From IMG/VR virus record IMGVR_UViG_3300025423_000001, positions 1 through 64,000 of that record: 64,000 nt of DNA; one strand, written 5' to 3'. Positions 30,136 to 39,628 of this stretch are shown piece after piece. Within the stretch, counting starts at the first letter, position 1, and each line of letters starts with the position of its first letter. Below the pieces are notes generated by a model. The model did not search any database. It was not told the DNA's origin and worked only from the letters and a program-made list of their open reading frames with translations. Both the position numbers and the translations under genes were made by a program. The DNA comes from a virus.

Positions 30136-32868
30136 TTATATGGGACATCCTCTGTATTGGAAGTAATGCCTGATTTCCTGCTCTTGCTCCTGTGTCAGTT
30201 TATCTCCGTTTACAAGCGGGGAGACAATATTCATCAGAGTTTTCACAGGCTGGCACCAATCAACCAGTTCCAGATACATATCATACATTTCTGTGTCAAT
30301 AGCCTTGCCATTCTCTATCTCAACACCTTTCTGCGGATTGAACAGTTCCACGGCAAGCTGGGCTATTGACTCCTTGTCATCGGGGTTACTCCTCACAAAT
30401 AGTTGGAACTGCCCCACTTTGTCCAAGTGGGAAATCAGCTGGCCTGTTGTGGTGTCGTCTGCCCCGAGTATCTTGGTGTCAAAGCTCATCGGCCTCCAAT
30501 AGGCTGTGACATAAGTAGTTAGCTTGTTGTAGCTGGCGGCCTTGTCCGGGCTTATCTGTTCAAAGCCCCGCAGAAATGCCAGGTCGGCTATCTTCTCTTT
30601 TAGCAGCCTTGCCGTGTTCCACCGTATCAGTACATTGCTCATGGTGATGGTCTTGTTTCGGATTTCCTTGAAGAATTTGGTGATGTGTTTGAAGTCCTTG
30701 TAGTACTTCACATTATTCTGGGCCACCTTGATAAGCCTAACCAAGGAACTTTCATAAAAGTTAGAAAGCCTGGCATAGTCACTGGTATGGATATGCCCGT
30801 AACCTTTTTCTGTAAAGCGTTCAGGTTTATCTTCAGGTTTTAAACCATATGCATAAAGTCTCCTCAAAGACCCAGCATACCGGCTAAGCAAGGCTGCCGT
30901 ATGTAACAAAGGCTCAAAGTCCTGATTGCTCCAGAACACTTCTTCATTCTTCCAGGTGTCCGTGAGGTGTACTGGCATCTCTATCTTCTGCATTTCGTAA
31001 GCCCGTTCAAGAGATGTTAGCTTGGAGTAAGTATCCACAACCCGCGGGGTATGCAGCACTGTCATACCTGTAAGCTTCCTACGCTCCTCAGCCGATTGCT
31101 GTGCCTCTTCTGTCTGCTCTTCAACTTCTTCCTCTTCCTCCAGTTCGTTAGCCTTGAAGTCTTCTGGTACAACAATGTTTTCGTACCACACTTTATCCTG
31201 CGATGCATGAATGTAATTATGCAATGTGGCCACCTTAGCTTTAATCAACCCGTAGGTACCCAAACCAGCTTTTTGTGATTGCTCTGCAAGCTTCTGCGTA
31301 TTGGCTTCATCAATCCTTGGGCTTATCCGAATATCTTCAGCAGTTAGTGGGGTGCCGTCTTCCTTAGGGTTATACTCCAGCTGCAGCAGTATGAAACCTT
31401 GTTTGTGTACGTGTGTCAGTATGTACTTGTTACGCCTATTGGAGATAGGCCCAACATGAATAAGCAACGGCAACCCTTCAGACAAGGCTGTAGTAAAGCC
31501 CTGGTAGTACTCGACTTTCTTCTTGATTTTGCTGCCAGTACGTTCAACAGACATCTTCACAACCCTGCACCAAAGCCCATCCAACAGTTTGTTGTTGTAC
31601 CTGATTCGTGAATCAACTGGGTAAGACAGCTCTATCTTACTCATATCCACGATACGGGCCAACCTACCTATCACTGTGTTCTCCTCAGCCCTACTCCACA
31701 AGGAATTAGCTGTGGCCTGTGAGCAGACTCTTAACCAGCGCAGAAAGTCTCTTTCCTTCAGCTCTTGATTGATGGTGTTTTGGGCAATGGATACTACTTC
31801 TTGGAAGCGTTGTACTACCACTTCACGGGTTTTATCGTCCCAGATAAGTGATTCCCGACTGGGGTTGATGCTGATTTTGTCAGGGTCAACTTTAATGCCG
31901 ATGTTACCCATCTTATCCTCAAGCTCCAATTCTTGGAAATTGACATAGCCATAGTTTACACCATTAAGCAGTATGTGTGGCTTAGAGTAGCTGCTATTGC
32001 TAGCCAGCACAATCATGTCGTCTTCATACAGAATGTCAGCTTTCACCGGCACCTCACGTTGAATGCCAGCCTCAACAAGGAATAGCTTTACATTCTTGAA
32101 GTACATCAGCTGGCTGGTAACAGCATCAAGGTATTGAGCCTTATGGTGTTTCTTGGTACCTATCTCAATCTCCAACCCATTCTTGTCGCTGGTACGCCAG
32201 TAGTAGCATGTGTAGCCGTTTGAAAATGTGTATGACGCATTCGACTGCAGCGTCGTGGTATCGCCAACTTGTATCAGTTCCGTGGCCGGCACGATGCTTT
32301 CAACGCGGTGGGCATACACATTAAATTTGAACTCCATCCCATTGTACCGGCTGGTGATGGTGTAATACGGACAACCGGTAGATAATGGGGATTTGGCCCC
32401 GATGCCAAACTTGCCTAAGGCTTTGGATAGCAGCCTTTTGGAGCTATACCCCAAATTAAAATAATTCTCCAACCTTTTCCCTCCTAAGCCTACACCATGG
32501 TCACGAATGACTACATTGTCCTTGCCCATGTCACCGCCATCTGTGTAAATAACTTCCACTGTGTCTGTGGGAGAAAACCAGTCCAAGTTGTAATAGGCTG
32601 CATTAAATCTACTGTCTTTGTAGATGTCTCCTTCACGCTGTACGAAGTAGTCTTCCTCTTTGGCCTCACCGGAAAGGATGGCCCGGGCAATGTTCTTCTC
32701 TGTGATGCTGTCCAGACCGTTGCTTACAAGCTCACGGATGGTGGACTTAATTGGGTAGGCATACTGGTGTTGCTGTAACACATTCATCATCAGCCCGATG
32801 GCATTTGAGTCAATTTCCTTGGAGAATCCTCCTGATATTTCTGCCGTTTCCTGTGTCAGGATTGCCAT
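30136..32868 (-). CDS. rIIA: rIIA-like protein (GHKL/HATPase N-terminus)
   Basis: IRELVSNGLDS, DHGVGL, YSSKR, GKFGIGAKS, PSRESL. Confidence 0.85.
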   Translation of the reverse strand: MAILTQETAEISGGFSKEIDSNAIGLMMNVLQQHQYAYPIKSTIRELVSNGLDSITEKNIARAILSGEAKEEDYFVQREGDIYKDSRFNAAYYNLDWFSPTDTVEVIYTDGGDMGKDNVVIRDHGVGLGGKRLENYFNLGYSSKRLLSKALGKFGIGAKSPLSTGCPYYTITSRYNGMEFKFNVYAHRVESIVPATELIQVGDTTTLQSNASYTFSNGYTCYYWRTSDKNGLEIEIGTKKHHKAQYLDAVTSQLMYFKNVKLFLVEAGIQREVPVKADILYEDDMIVLASNSSYSKPHILLNGVNYGYVNFQELELEDKMGNIGIKVDPDKISINPSRESLIWDDKTREVVVQRFQEVVSIAQNTINQELKERDFLRWLRVCSQATANSLWSRAEENTVIGRLARIVDMSKIELSYPVDSRIRYNNKLLDGLWCRVVKMSVERTGSKIKKKVEYYQGFTTALSEGLPLLIHVGPISNRRNKYILTHVHKQGFILLQLEYNPKEDGTPLTAEDIRISPRIDEANTQKLAEQSQKAGLGTYGLIKAKVATLHNYIHASQDKVWYENIVVPEDFKANELEEEEEVEEQTEEAQQSAEERRKLTGMTVLHTPRVVDTYSKLTSLERAYEMQKIEMPVHLTDTWKNEEVFWSNQDFEPLLHTAALLSRYAGSLRRLYAYGLKPEDKPERFTEKGYGHIHTSDYARLSNFYESSLVRLIKVAQNNVKYYKDFKHITKFFKEIRNKTITMSNVLIRWNTARLLKEKIADLAFLRGFEQISPDKAASYNKLTTYVTAYWRPMSFDTKILGADDTTTGQLISHLDKVGQFQLFVRSNPDDKESIAQLAVELFNPQKGVEIENGKAIDTEMYDMYLELVDWCQPVKTLMNIVSPLVNGDKLTQEQEQEIRHYFQYRGCPI

Positions 32869-33100
32869 ACACTACTGTGTTTTCGATAAAATAATTCAGG
32901 TCACACTCATAGCGTGTCTGAGATAAGTGGTTGCCCAGCTGGAATATCACCAACACTTCCCCGCTCGAGTCCTCCACTGCCAAGCTCTGAAGCTTTCCAA
33001 ACCTGATGGTTGAGTCCGGGGCCTCCCAGGATATGTTCCTGTTCTTTAACCCTTCCTCCAGCCTCTGCTCGATTTCTTTGCGTGTTAGCAGTAATGTCAT
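32810..33100 (-). CDS. Hypothetical protein
   Basis: Likely start MTLLLTR. Confidence 0.5.
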   Translation of the reverse strand: MTLLLTRKEIEQRLEEGLKNRNISWEAPDSTIRFGKLQSLAVEDSSGEVLVIFQLGNHLSQTRYECDLNYFIENTVVYGNPDTGNGRNIRRILQGN

Positions 33101-33407
33101 TGTGTGGGATTTCAAATAAATTGGAATATACTGGGCGTCCAAGTTTTTCAAAAAGACATACTTCCAGCCTTGCACCTAAGCTATCTTCCCAATCATATAG
33201 CTTGAAAATGGCATCCACTTGTTCCACCAGTATGATAATGTCATTAGCCAAATAATTTTCCCACGCCACTGCACCTTCATGTGGCAGCTTCATAGGATTG
33301 ATTACATCATGGCCTAAACCTTTGACCAAGCGTTCTGCAAAATCAAACTTTTTGTAACAGAGCTTTTCATCTAAGCCTGAAATCTTTCCAGATAGGTATA
33401 TTGTCAT
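32907..33407 (-). CDS. DUF4406 / nucleoside deoxyribosyltransferase-like protein
   Basis: MTIYLSGKISG, VINP, DWEDSLGARLE. Confidence 0.7.
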   Translation of the reverse strand: MTIYLSGKISGLDEKLCYKKFDFAERLVKGLGHDVINPMKLPHEGAVAWENYLANDIIILVEQVDAIFKLYDWEDSLGARLEVCLFEKLGRPVYSNLFEIPHNDITANTQRNRAEAGGRVKEQEHILGGPGLNHQVWKASELGSGGLERGSVGDIPAGQPLISDTL

Positions 33408-33417
33408 AAGTGTGGGG

Positions 33418-33570
33418 TTAACTCCAGTCTTTGATAAAGGCTGCCGCAGATTCTTGTGGGGTGAGGCCCATTTCCTTGTCAAACTCAACGGTTTCACGGT
33501 CAAGTTTTATTTCATAACCAGTTTCCTTTACCAGCCTTGATACTTCATCATAGTATTCTTCAAGTGTCAT
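33418..33570 (-). CDS. 50-aa hypothetical protein (not in ORF track)
   Basis: MTLEEYYDEV...IKDWS; ATGA overlap with primase stop. Confidence 0.55.
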   Translation of the reverse strand: MTLEEYYDEVSRLVKETGYEIKLDRETVEFDKEMGLTPQESAAAFIKDWS

Positions 33571-34517
33571 CTTGTTATAGTTTCCAGCAGCTCTTTAGCC
33601 TGCTGCGGTGAATAATCCCGTGTGAAATCTGATATGTCCTTAGCCTTAGTCTCCACGGGAACGTAGATTTTCGGGTAAGGGTACCATTCTCCACGGTGTT
33701 TCATGTCATTGTCAAATAGCACCAGCTTCCGCTTGTAGTGTGCATCAGCCCAATTGAAAAATGCTTCTGGCATCGGTGTGTTCTCACTCCTTGGAGCCAC
33801 AGCCTCATAGCCAAAACTTCTCAGGCACATTACATCTTTCATGCTCTTGGTGATGATGAGTGTGTCTGTGTCGTGTTTCAATTGTTCCATGCCCATCACG
33901 TAGTTTTCCTTCAAGTCATTCCTGAACTTGTTACCTTTCTGGGCAAGTGGAAAATACAGCTGGTAGCGGTCGTAGATGCGGTAGACGTAGGACTGTGGTG
34001 GTGCGAACACCGGTGCTTTTTGACTGGGTGTCATCCAGTAACAGTAGAGAGGGCTTGTTCGGTACATCGAAAGCTCTGTCTGGCTGATGTTAAACTGTCC
34101 CCACCACTTCAAATCTGGCTGTGTAAGTGCACGGGGCCGGATACGTATGTCAGCCGAGTCTTTGTATGTGGGTCTATGCCTCACTATCTTAGGGCTGGCC
34201 TCCATTTGCCCGCCTAAGCCGAAATCACTCTTAATGCGTGCCACAGCCTCCCACTCAGTTAGGTAGCCATACAGTTTCTTTACAAGCTGAATGATTTCTC
34301 CACGTTCTCCCCTACCACCACTATCCTTCCACAGAAACTCTCGGTCTGGATACTTCAGGGAAGGATAGATGGCAAAAGAGGGTGTTTCATCATCGTCACG
34401 CAACGGAGACAAGTAATTCTGCTTTATGTCAGGCTCAAACTCTAAGTAATGGCAGTACAATGTGTACTCATCCACGAACTCGAGAATGTTGTCTACATCA
34501 ATTAGAGTAGTCCCCAT
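33567..34517 (-). CDS. DNA primase (crAss-type)
   Basis: SPLRDDDETPSF, WKD, TOPRIM IITKSMKDVM..SE..FDND. Confidence 0.8.
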   Translation of the reverse strand: MGTTLIDVDNILEFVDEYTLYCHYLEFEPDIKQNYLSPLRDDDETPSFAIYPSLKYPDREFLWKDSGGRGERGEIIQLVKKLYGYLTEWEAVARIKSDFGLGGQMEASPKIVRHRPTYKDSADIRIRPRALTQPDLKWWGQFNISQTELSMYRTSPLYCYWMTPSQKAPVFAPPQSYVYRIYDRYQLYFPLAQKGNKFRNDLKENYVMGMEQLKHDTDTLIITKSMKDVMCLRSFGYEAVAPRSENTPMPEAFFNWADAHYKRKLVLFDNDMKHRGEWYPYPKIYVPVETKAKDISDFTRDYSPQQAKELLETITR

Positions 34518-34536
34518 AGGATAGAAAGTAAACGGA

Positions 34537-35241
34537 TTAAGCAAACGGGTTCGTGGCCTCGGCAGCTGCCGCTGTAGAGCCACTTTTCTTCTCAGCCTTA
34601 TCAACTGAAGAAGGGGTGGGGTCATCTAATCCGTTGTCAATTTCCCATTTGCTAAATTTCACCTTGCTCTGTTCGGCAGGTATGTTGGCATGTTCCACAA
34701 ACGTCTCGGCAAATTTGCCTGGGTCAGGAATGGTAGCGAAGTGCTTTTCCTTGCTCTGGCGTATCAGCTTGAAACGGAGTGGTGTGGTTTTGTCGTTCTG
34801 GAACGGTGCTATCAGTTGCACGAACCGGCCAGCGAGGTTGTCGTAGATACGGTTCAACACGTCTTGGTCAAGAATGCGTGTTTCGTAGTTTTCTGGGGTA
34901 ACGCCCGTGCCTGCAAATTGAATGTCAAAGTTATTCAAGTCAATGGCGTCAGTGGTAAGGAACTGCTCAAGTATCTGTGTAAGGATATTCTTGAGCTTCT
35001 TCAAGTCCCTGTGCAGCATTTCTGCCTTTTGGGCCTGTGTCATTTCCTCTTTCTTAGGTAGCAACGGCCCGAATATCTGCAAGGAAAGGTTTGAGCTGTC
35101 ACCTACCACGCCCGCTGTCAGGGCCTCGTCAAACAGGCTCTTCTTACTCGCCTCTGCAAGCTCGATTACCAGCCTTTTCTTGTCATTGATTACTGCACTC
35201 TTGATTACAACGTTGTTGTTGATGCCGACTGTGATTGCCAT
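34537..35241 (-). CDS. Hypothetical replication protein (SSB-like position and tail)
   Basis: Between primase and helicase genes; flexible C-tail ending NPFA. Confidence 0.4.
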   Translation of the reverse strand: MAITVGINNNVVIKSAVINDKKRLVIELAEASKKSLFDEALTAGVVGDSSNLSLQIFGPLLPKKEEMTQAQKAEMLHRDLKKLKNILTQILEQFLTTDAIDLNNFDIQFAGTGVTPENYETRILDQDVLNRIYDNLAGRFVQLIAPFQNDKTTPLRFKLIRQSKEKHFATIPDPGKFAETFVEHANIPAEQSKVKFSKWEIDNGLDDPTPSSVDKAEKKSGSTAAAAEATNPFA

Positions 35242-35283
35242 ACTGTATGTATTGGATTTGCGAATTACGAATTGTGAATTTGT

Positions 35284-35319
35284 AAAAGGAATGGACGGCT
35301 AAGTTACTGCCGTCCATTC
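35284..35319 (-). terminator. Rho-independent terminator
   Basis: gaatggacggc/gccgtccattc 11-bp stem followed by a T tract on the minus strand. Confidence 0.7.
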
Positions 35320-35329
35320 TGAAAATGCA

Positions 35330-36103
35330 TTACTCAAATGGGTTGGCAGAAACGGCCATAGCTGCCGCTTCCACTTCCACATCTTCTGCTTCTTGCTGGT
35401 TATCAGCCAGTTGTGCCGCGTTTTGAGCGTCGCCGTCAGCTACAGGCTGTATAGAGCTTAATGGTACCAAAGCGTAAAACGCTGTGTTCTCCCTGCGTTG
35501 GGTTGTCACTTGGCCGGCGTTTTTGCCGCGGCTTACTTTCTTGGGTATGTTAGTGATGGACTTAGCCCAAGGCAAGCCAGTGGCAGGGTTAGCCACAAGC
35601 ACCAGGTCTACATACTCAGCACCTGCTACCTCAGCCTGGGCCGGGGTACCGTCTTTGGCTTCCATAGCAGGTTTGTAAAACGTTAGGCCATAGATGTCTT
35701 CCACTAACGGTATCAATTCATCCATACCGAAAGTTTTGGCACCCTGGTCAAGCACTGAGGCTTTAGGTTTGCCAGTCTCTTCGTAGGTAGTGCTTGCAAA
35801 CAAGTCTACTTTGGGCTGGTTGCGACTCACTGGGTTTACCAACAGGATACGCTTGGGTGTGGCAAAATGCGGATACAAGTTAGTGTCAATCACATCAAAG
35901 CCGTAGCCCACAAATGGACTGCTCTTATCTGTGTATTCAAGCTGGAACTTTTCTACCAGCTCGGCTGAAGGATACACGCTTCCGTCACGGAATACGCGGA
36001 TGGCAAGCCCCTCTGGGTTGCGTTGCTTTTTGGCCGGTGCCTTACGTGTTGATGTCTGCTCTGCTACATCGCTGAGTGTAGCGCTCATTAGGAAATCTAA
36101 CAT
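35330..36103 (-). CDS. Hypothetical protein
   Basis: 257-aa ORF with acidic tail ending NPFE. Confidence 0.6.
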   Translation of the reverse strand: MLDFLMSATLSDVAEQTSTRKAPAKKQRNPEGLAIRVFRDGSVYPSAELVEKFQLEYTDKSSPFVGYGFDVIDTNLYPHFATPKRILLVNPVSRNQPKVDLFASTTYEETGKPKASVLDQGAKTFGMDELIPLVEDIYGLTFYKPAMEAKDGTPAQAEVAGAEYVDLVLVANPATGLPWAKSITNIPKKVSRGKNAGQVTTQRRENTAFYALVPLSSIQPVADGDAQNAAQLADNQQEAEDVEVEAAAMAVSANPFE

Positions 36104-36147
36104 ATACTTGAAATTGAAAACTGAATGATTAATGAATTGGCTGTGGC

Positions 36148-36741
36148 TTAATAAACCTTGCCGTGTTTATGTGGGCGGGATTGGTTGTACCTGAGCTTCC
36201 AAGCTACGTGCTGTTCAAGGTTGATGTTGTACCAAGTACAGAATTTGAAAATAACTGCCAGTACATATCCCCATTGACAGATTGCATTGTGCTTATTCAT
36301 CATTAACACAACTACATCTACAATACGAAGAACATCAGCGGCAAAGTTTCCAGAAGATTCTCCTGTAACATTGTGGTCTTCTAAAGGAATTTCAAAACCA
36401 TGACAGTAGTCCAGGATACGGATTACAGTGTCAGCAATTTCATCTTCCACTGTGTCTTTCACTGTACTTAAGAAGCAATCAAGCCACTCAGCATCTGTGT
36501 TTACAGAAGACAGAAGACTATATTCTGCTGTACTGATTTCGCCACGTAAGAACTTTAATGCTTGATGGTTTTTGTCAGCCAAAGCCCTCCGTCCTTTTCT
36601 GTCAGCTTCTACAGCTTCACTCAGTTCAGTGATAATCAGCATCACCATTTCGCCTTTGTTACGGTCTTGCCCGGCTTCCCAAAAGCCTTTGGCTACATTG
36701 GTGTCGTAAATTTCCTTTTGGAATTTTAGTATATTTTGCAT
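36148..36741 (-). CDS. MazG-like NTP pyrophosphohydrolase
   Basis: KGFW, TELSEAVEADRK, EDEIADTVIRILD, YNQSRPHKHGK. Confidence 0.75.
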   Translation of the reverse strand: MQNILKFQKEIYDTNVAKGFWEAGQDRNKGEMVMLIITELSEAVEADRKGRRALADKNHQALKFLRGEISTAEYSLLSSVNTDAEWLDCFLSTVKDTVEDEIADTVIRILDYCHGFEIPLEDHNVTGESSGNFAADVLRIVDVVVLMMNKHNAICQWGYVLAVIFKFCTWYNINLEQHVAWKLRYNQSRPHKHGKVY

Positions 36742-36742
36742 A

Positions 36743-36904
36743 CTATGCTTGTTTAATTACACGGCTGCTGGCCGAATTGCGGCTGAACATGCGGTGTGTG
36801 TTGAACTCTGCCAGCACAATGCGTGGGAACCAGAGCAGGAATGATGTGATACGCTGCCCGAACTCGTTACGGGAGTCAGCGATGACTTTAGCTTCTATGG
36901 CCAT
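36743..36904 (-). pseudogene. thyX: Truncated flavin-dependent thymidylate synthase (53-aa N-terminal remnant)
   Basis: MAIEAKVIADSRNEFGQRITSFLLWFPRIVLAEFNTHRMFSRNSASSR then VIKQA-stop; matches the phage ThyX N-terminus and HRxxSxxxxSSR motif. Confidence 0.8.
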
Positions 36905-36906
36905 GG

Positions 36907-37761
36907 TTAAGCGAATATAGCTTTCGAAATTTTTAAGGCTGATTTAACTCCTTCAGGTAGAGCAGAGTTTGCTGGCGCTGCAGACAAAGTAGCTGGGTCA
37001 ATTCCAAATACCTCCGGGTAGATGGTAGTCCAACTGAATGGCAAGTCTTTACCAGCCAAATACTTCTGTCTGGCACCCATCACTGCACCATCGTAGGTTT
37101 GGAATGACATCCTCAGTTCGCCTTTGTTGTTGCGGTAGAGGTATGTGATGGCATCTGCCCGCGCACATACAATAGATGAAAGCTTACCGGTGAGGGAAAT
37201 GTCATTCACTTTCACTTCAGCTCCATCTTTCGTGGCTATCAGCTTTTCCTTCACATGTACAATCAGGATGAGGTACGGGCAACAGGCTGCGTAAGCATCT
37301 ATCACATCCATCACTTCCTGGCGTAAGTAGTAATAGCCGCCCCCATTGGGCAGTTCCAATACAGACCGCCCTTTGAACGATTTGCCGATGGTGGTTTCTT
37401 TGTAAGCTTCAGTGGCAGATAGCTCGGCCATGTCTTCCACAGCATCTATCGTGTCAATGGCTATGAATGTATACGGAAACTGGGCTAAGCCTGGCTTACC
37501 TACCAGCTTGGCTCCGGCATCTTTAATCAGCTTTGGTACGTATTTTACCTGGGCCATATTGTCAACCTTCATGGCTGTGGTCTCATAGGTGTCTGTGCCA
37601 TGAGGCTGCTCAGCGTCCACAATAAGGCAGTCAGCCATCTTGGCTAACTCTGTAAGTTGCTCTGTCTTTCCCACCTTGGGAAGGCTGTACATGATAAGGA
37701 TTTTAGGGCCAATCCTTGTGGCCTTGACGGGGTTAGCCCGTGTTGGGAGTGTTACGCTCAT
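36907..37761 (-). CDS. AAA ATPase (AAA_24/Sak4-like)
   Basis: YSLPKVGKT Walker A, IAIDT Walker B. Confidence 0.75.
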   Translation of the reverse strand: MSVTLPTRANPVKATRIGPKILIMYSLPKVGKTEQLTELAKMADCLIVDAEQPHGTDTYETTAMKVDNMAQVKYVPKLIKDAGAKLVGKPGLAQFPYTFIAIDTIDAVEDMAELSATEAYKETTIGKSFKGRSVLELPNGGGYYYLRQEVMDVIDAYAACCPYLILIVHVKEKLIATKDGAEVKVNDISLTGKLSSIVCARADAITYLYRNNKGELRMSFQTYDGAVMGARQKYLAGKDLPFSWTTIYPEVFGIDPATLSAAPANSALPEGVKSALKISKAIFA

Positions 37762-38942
37762 AATGTGTCTAATCGTTTAGCTTCGTCAATGAAGAATTGT
37801 AAGGCTGGGTCTAAAGGATGCTCAGGTAAGTCCCAGAACATCCCGGCTATTGGGTTCATAAACAAGGGAAACATCTTGTCTGCAGGGCCGTATCTATTTT
37901 TCATGAGATAGGCTGCCAGTAGATGCGATTGTAAGTCGTCAACTGTATAACCGTGGAAGGTCTTTAGGTTATATTGTATAGGCTTCACTAAGCCTATTAC
38001 AACATCCCCATCGCGATAAGTGTATGAGCTGTCGCCAAAATCTAATCTCTGTGGAGCAATAGCTACCTCAGTTCGCTTTTGCTCCCTGTAAGCACTCATC
38101 ATGCTTGTGGAGAACTGCTGGATTTGAACAATTGTAGCTTGAAAGATATTACGGAGCTGTACAGAGTACATACTCCACCTATCCATGATTGCTTTGGTGT
38201 TGATAGCTCCAGCTTCCACGTTGATAAGCGCCAAATGGTCTACTACCACAAGAGTGAAAGCCCGGGGGTCGTTAGGTTTAAAGCTGCGTATCATGCCTTT
38301 CTTCTTACCTTCCTTCGGCACATCACGAATGACAGTGCCTATCTTCTCGTAGTGGTCTTCAATCAGCTTATTCAGCATGCCTGTAGGATGTAGCATGTGG
38401 TCAATGATGTCAATGTCTTGTAACATCTCCTCTACCATAGCATACCCCCTAAGCACCATCCGCAGATGCACGTCGGACAAAGGCTGTCCAGGAATACGAC
38501 CTAAGATGTAGTCAGAGGATAAATCTGCTTTGTACATACGCTTAATCCATTGGCACACCCATCTGGCTTTCTTTTCTGTAGCTGAAATCTCAAAGCTGAA
38601 GTACTTCACATACAGCTTGATACCCAGCCTTTTGCAGGCAATCCAGAGGGAAAACAGGTACATAAAGTCTGCAATAGTGGTCTTACCGACGCCGCTGTCA
38701 GCCCCGATAAGGATATACCTACCCCTGTGTGTGCCGTGGATGTATTTGTTAATATCCTTCAAACCATTGTCCAACCCTTCATTCAAGCCTTGCCTGCCAC
38801 GGTTCACAGTGTCAATGAACGTGTCCTCCTTCTTAACAGCCCACTGCTTTTCTAACTCAGCCCATTCAACCTCTTCATCAGGAATTTCCCATGTGACCTT
38901 TGGCTTAGCCCCGCCTATACCGGTTGAATTCTGTGTTTCCAT
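37758..38942 (-). CDS. dnaB: DnaB-like replicative helicase
   Basis: GADSGVGKT, FSFE, VVDH, IQQ, KNRYG. Confidence 0.85.
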   Translation of the reverse strand: METQNSTGIGGAKPKVTWEIPDEEVEWAELEKQWAVKKEDTFIDTVNRGRQGLNEGLDNGLKDINKYIHGTHRGRYILIGADSGVGKTTIADFMYLFSLWIACKRLGIKLYVKYFSFEISATEKKARWVCQWIKRMYKADLSSDYILGRIPGQPLSDVHLRMVLRGYAMVEEMLQDIDIIDHMLHPTGMLNKLIEDHYEKIGTVIRDVPKEGKKKGMIRSFKPNDPRAFTLVVVDHLALINVEAGAINTKAIMDRWSMYSVQLRNIFQATIVQIQQFSTSMMSAYREQKRTEVAIAPQRLDFGDSSYTYRDGDVVIGLVKPIQYNLKTFHGYTVDDLQSHLLAAYLMKNRYGPADKMFPLFMNPIAGMFWDLPEHPLDPALQFFIDEAKRLDTL

Positions 38943-39441
38943 CTATCTCTTGTTTAATGTGTTCCTCAATTCTCCCGTCTGCGGCTGAAGCCAGCAGGGC
39001 CTGATAATCGCTCCTCCACAGCCCGTCAACGATGTATCGGCTGATGGTGACAGCATAGCTCTTGTGTGTCTTGTAATACAGCAGTGTGCTTTTAACCAGC
39101 ACCGGATACTTGACACCCTCACGTTCCACCATCTTCCTGAAGGCTTTCATGGCAGGCTCGCTGTACTTGTTTAGGTCGTAGCTACCGTCTTTGCCTTCAC
39201 AGCGCTGTGGCACTTCGGCTTCGAGGATGAACCTTGTGTACAAGGCTGGCCAATCAGTCGTGGAAGCGATAGCCGGCAAGGGGTGTTCTGCTACCACCGG
39301 GCCGCTCGGAAGCATCACCAGTCCCGTCTCCAGCCCTGTCATCTCCTTCATGAACTTGGCCGTCACCTTGTACTTCCCCTTGATGCACACCATGTACTGG
39401 TTGTCCATCAGGTACTGAACTGCTTGTTGTAGGTTGTTCAT
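38905..39441 (-). CDS. Hypothetical protein
   Basis: Likely start MNNLQQ; directly upstream of helicase. Confidence 0.55.
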   Translation of the reverse strand: MNNLQQAVQYLMDNQYMVCIKGKYKVTAKFMKEMTGLETGLVMLPSGPVVAEHPLPAIASTTDWPALYTRFILEAEVPQRCEGKDGSYDLNKYSEPAMKAFRKMVEREGVKYPVLVKSTLLYYKTHKSYAVTISRYIVDGLWRSDYQALLASAADGRIEEHIKQEIDGNTEFNRYRRG

Positions 39442-39628
39442 CTTCTTCGTCTGCGAGTTGTATGTCAGTAAGTGTATAACAATCCCACCAACGTTTTCGA
39501 CACGAGTCACACTGTACAGGTAATGCCCTAGCATCCCAATCCATGTGCCCTGCTGAAATCTCTGAATTGTGACAGTAAGGGCAGTAAGTTGGGTCGGCTA
39601 AGTATGCTGCTTTTTGCTCTGGTGTCAT
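39254..39628 (-). CDS. Small Zn-ribbon protein
   Basis: CPYC...CDSC; ATGA overlap with upstream stop. Confidence 0.55.
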   Translation of the reverse strand: MTPEQKAAYLADPTYCPYCHNSEISAGHMDWDARALPVQCDSCRKRWWDCYTLTDIQLADEEDEQPTTSSSVPDGQPVHGVHQGEVQGDGQVHEGDDRAGDGTGDASERPGGSRTPLAGYRFHD

